Source: Marsupella aquatica (Eukaryota; Plantae; Marchantiophyta). Taken from it: a stretch of DNA of 64,000 nucleotides. The stretch spans positions 12,833,375 to 12,897,374 of the forward strand of contig OZ316897.1 in NCBI GenBank assembly GCA_973895155.1. Reading direction: 5' to 3'. Both the position numbers and the translations under genes were made by a program. This document shows positions 62,726-64,000 of the stretch, piece by piece. The notes under the pieces were generated by a model. That model had not been told where the DNA came from. It ran no database searches and saw nothing but the letters and a program-made list of their open reading frames with translations. Each line of letters starts with the position of its first letter. The stretch's first letter is position 1.

Positions 62726-64000
62726 TAGCAAAGTTTCTTTTTGAGTTGCACTTTTGTTTCTTTGTTAAAGTAGCCAGCAATATTTTGCTGTAAGAATTTG
62801 GCAAAAATTGTCAATAAAAAATGCTGATTTATCGTCTCAGTTGCACTGCAAATTTGGATGTCTGGCGTGATTACATACTAGACACTTAGAGTGCATGACG
62901 TGCCTGGCTGAGCTGGAGTGATGGATCAATTGTGTGGAATGATTAGTGATGACCTGACTGAGGAAGGCTGGTAGGCAACCTGAAATTCCTGGCTTCCCCA
63001 CGCGGACTGTATGATTTAGTACTTTATCCTGTCCAGCTCTCTCCCACGGTTCAATTTTCAAGCGAGTAGCGTTTTCTGGGTGCCGGAGGACTGGTTGTCC
63101 ATTATAGCCAGCCAGCCACCTACTCTACTTCTCTTTCTGCCGGCAAAGGACAGGATACCCAAATCAAATCTCAACTGTATGCCTACTGCAGTACTGCTAC
63201 TCCCTTTTGTCAGATTGCTTCGGCGCAAGTTTCCATCTCAGTCTCTTTAGAATTGAGCTCTGCAATCTCCATGCAGACAATCCGTGTAGCATCACCAGAA
63301 TAGACGACGATATACATCGACAAGTTGCAGGACAAGGAAAGTTGGCAGAATACAGGTTTGTAAAAGAAGTGATCACCCTGGTTCAATGTGAGTAGTACTA
63401 TTGTAGCTTCAGTTCCAGAGTCGTAGGGTTTACTTTCAGATCAACCAGTTGTATTTTACTGAAAGTGCCTGGTCAAAAACCTTGAAAATTCCAATCTTCA
63501 CACTGGTACAGTTGTCGCCTCATGTTGCCCGGCAGTAAGGCCCAACTAGTAGTAAGCCCTTCACAATGCAGGCCCTAATTGTCTCACATACCAGTAGATC
63601 ACATTATCACTATATGAAACGGACTTGCTGACCCTGCGCCAGACCTGTCACACCATCGATGCATTTCCAATCACCTGCTGAGATATAAGGACACAATCTG
63701 ATCACCTGATGAGATTTAAGGAGATGTACTGCCTCCTCATTTTATTATTTGCCACCCTCGCTCAAAGTTTTACATCTACCAAAGTCAACACTTTTCCGTC
63801 CGGACAGGCTGCATGCAACTTTGGATTTAGCGTGCAGTGATCTAATGCGCGGCGCATGGGGCGGTTATCATTTGCAGGGGACGTATCCTTGGAAAGTTAT
63901 GTCGGGGTTGTTCTCTGGATAGGTTCTGGAGAGCGCTGAAGGCGGGAGGGGGAATGACGGATGGTCGGTGGCGTGGGCTAATCGGAGCCAAGCAACACGA

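Noticed and set aside
62850-63850. Possible decayed F-box-type gene on the minus strand (GLTTSWALLP resembling NPLTxxWxxLP)
   Set aside because: Multiple stops and only a weak motif resemblance.

Overview
Repeat-rich eukaryotic DNA, most likely from a land plant and plausibly a liverwort or other bryophyte. That assignment is inferred from GT-AG introns, AAACCCTA telo-boxes, a Ty3/gypsy-style LTR and a fragment resembling the hydrolase domain of liverwort hydrolase-NLRs. Two structures dominate. (1) A nested insertion at 20.7-36.2 kb. A TG...CA element with a 5-bp TSD (CACCT) and no second LTR (solo-LTR-like, about 3.9 kb, containing a decayed ORF) is split by a complete 11,634-bp DNA transposon (22079-33712). 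The transposon has perfect 16-bp TIRs (CCCTGGGCCCTCAGTC), a perfect 8-bp TSD (GGTGTCGT) and a spliced transposase of about 1,450-1,540 aa with P-element/THAP9-type catalytic motifs but C2H2-like fingers in place of a THAP domain, plus two extra candidate genes. (2) A roughly 5-6 kb cassette amplified in whole or in part at least five times in both orientations. It carries an intronless, fungal-looking MDR/alcohol dehydrogenase (one intact copy, one 5'-rearranged copy, two pseudogene remnants) and a small orphan membrane-protein ORF (MDPNVL...) that stays open in 4 of 5 copies. The remainder is intergenic DNA with minisatellites, dispersed repeats, a CRE-like non-LTR 3' fragment and a hairpin. 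All homology calls come from motif recognition by eye; no searches were run, and repeat boundaries are approximate unless TSD/TIR coordinates are given.
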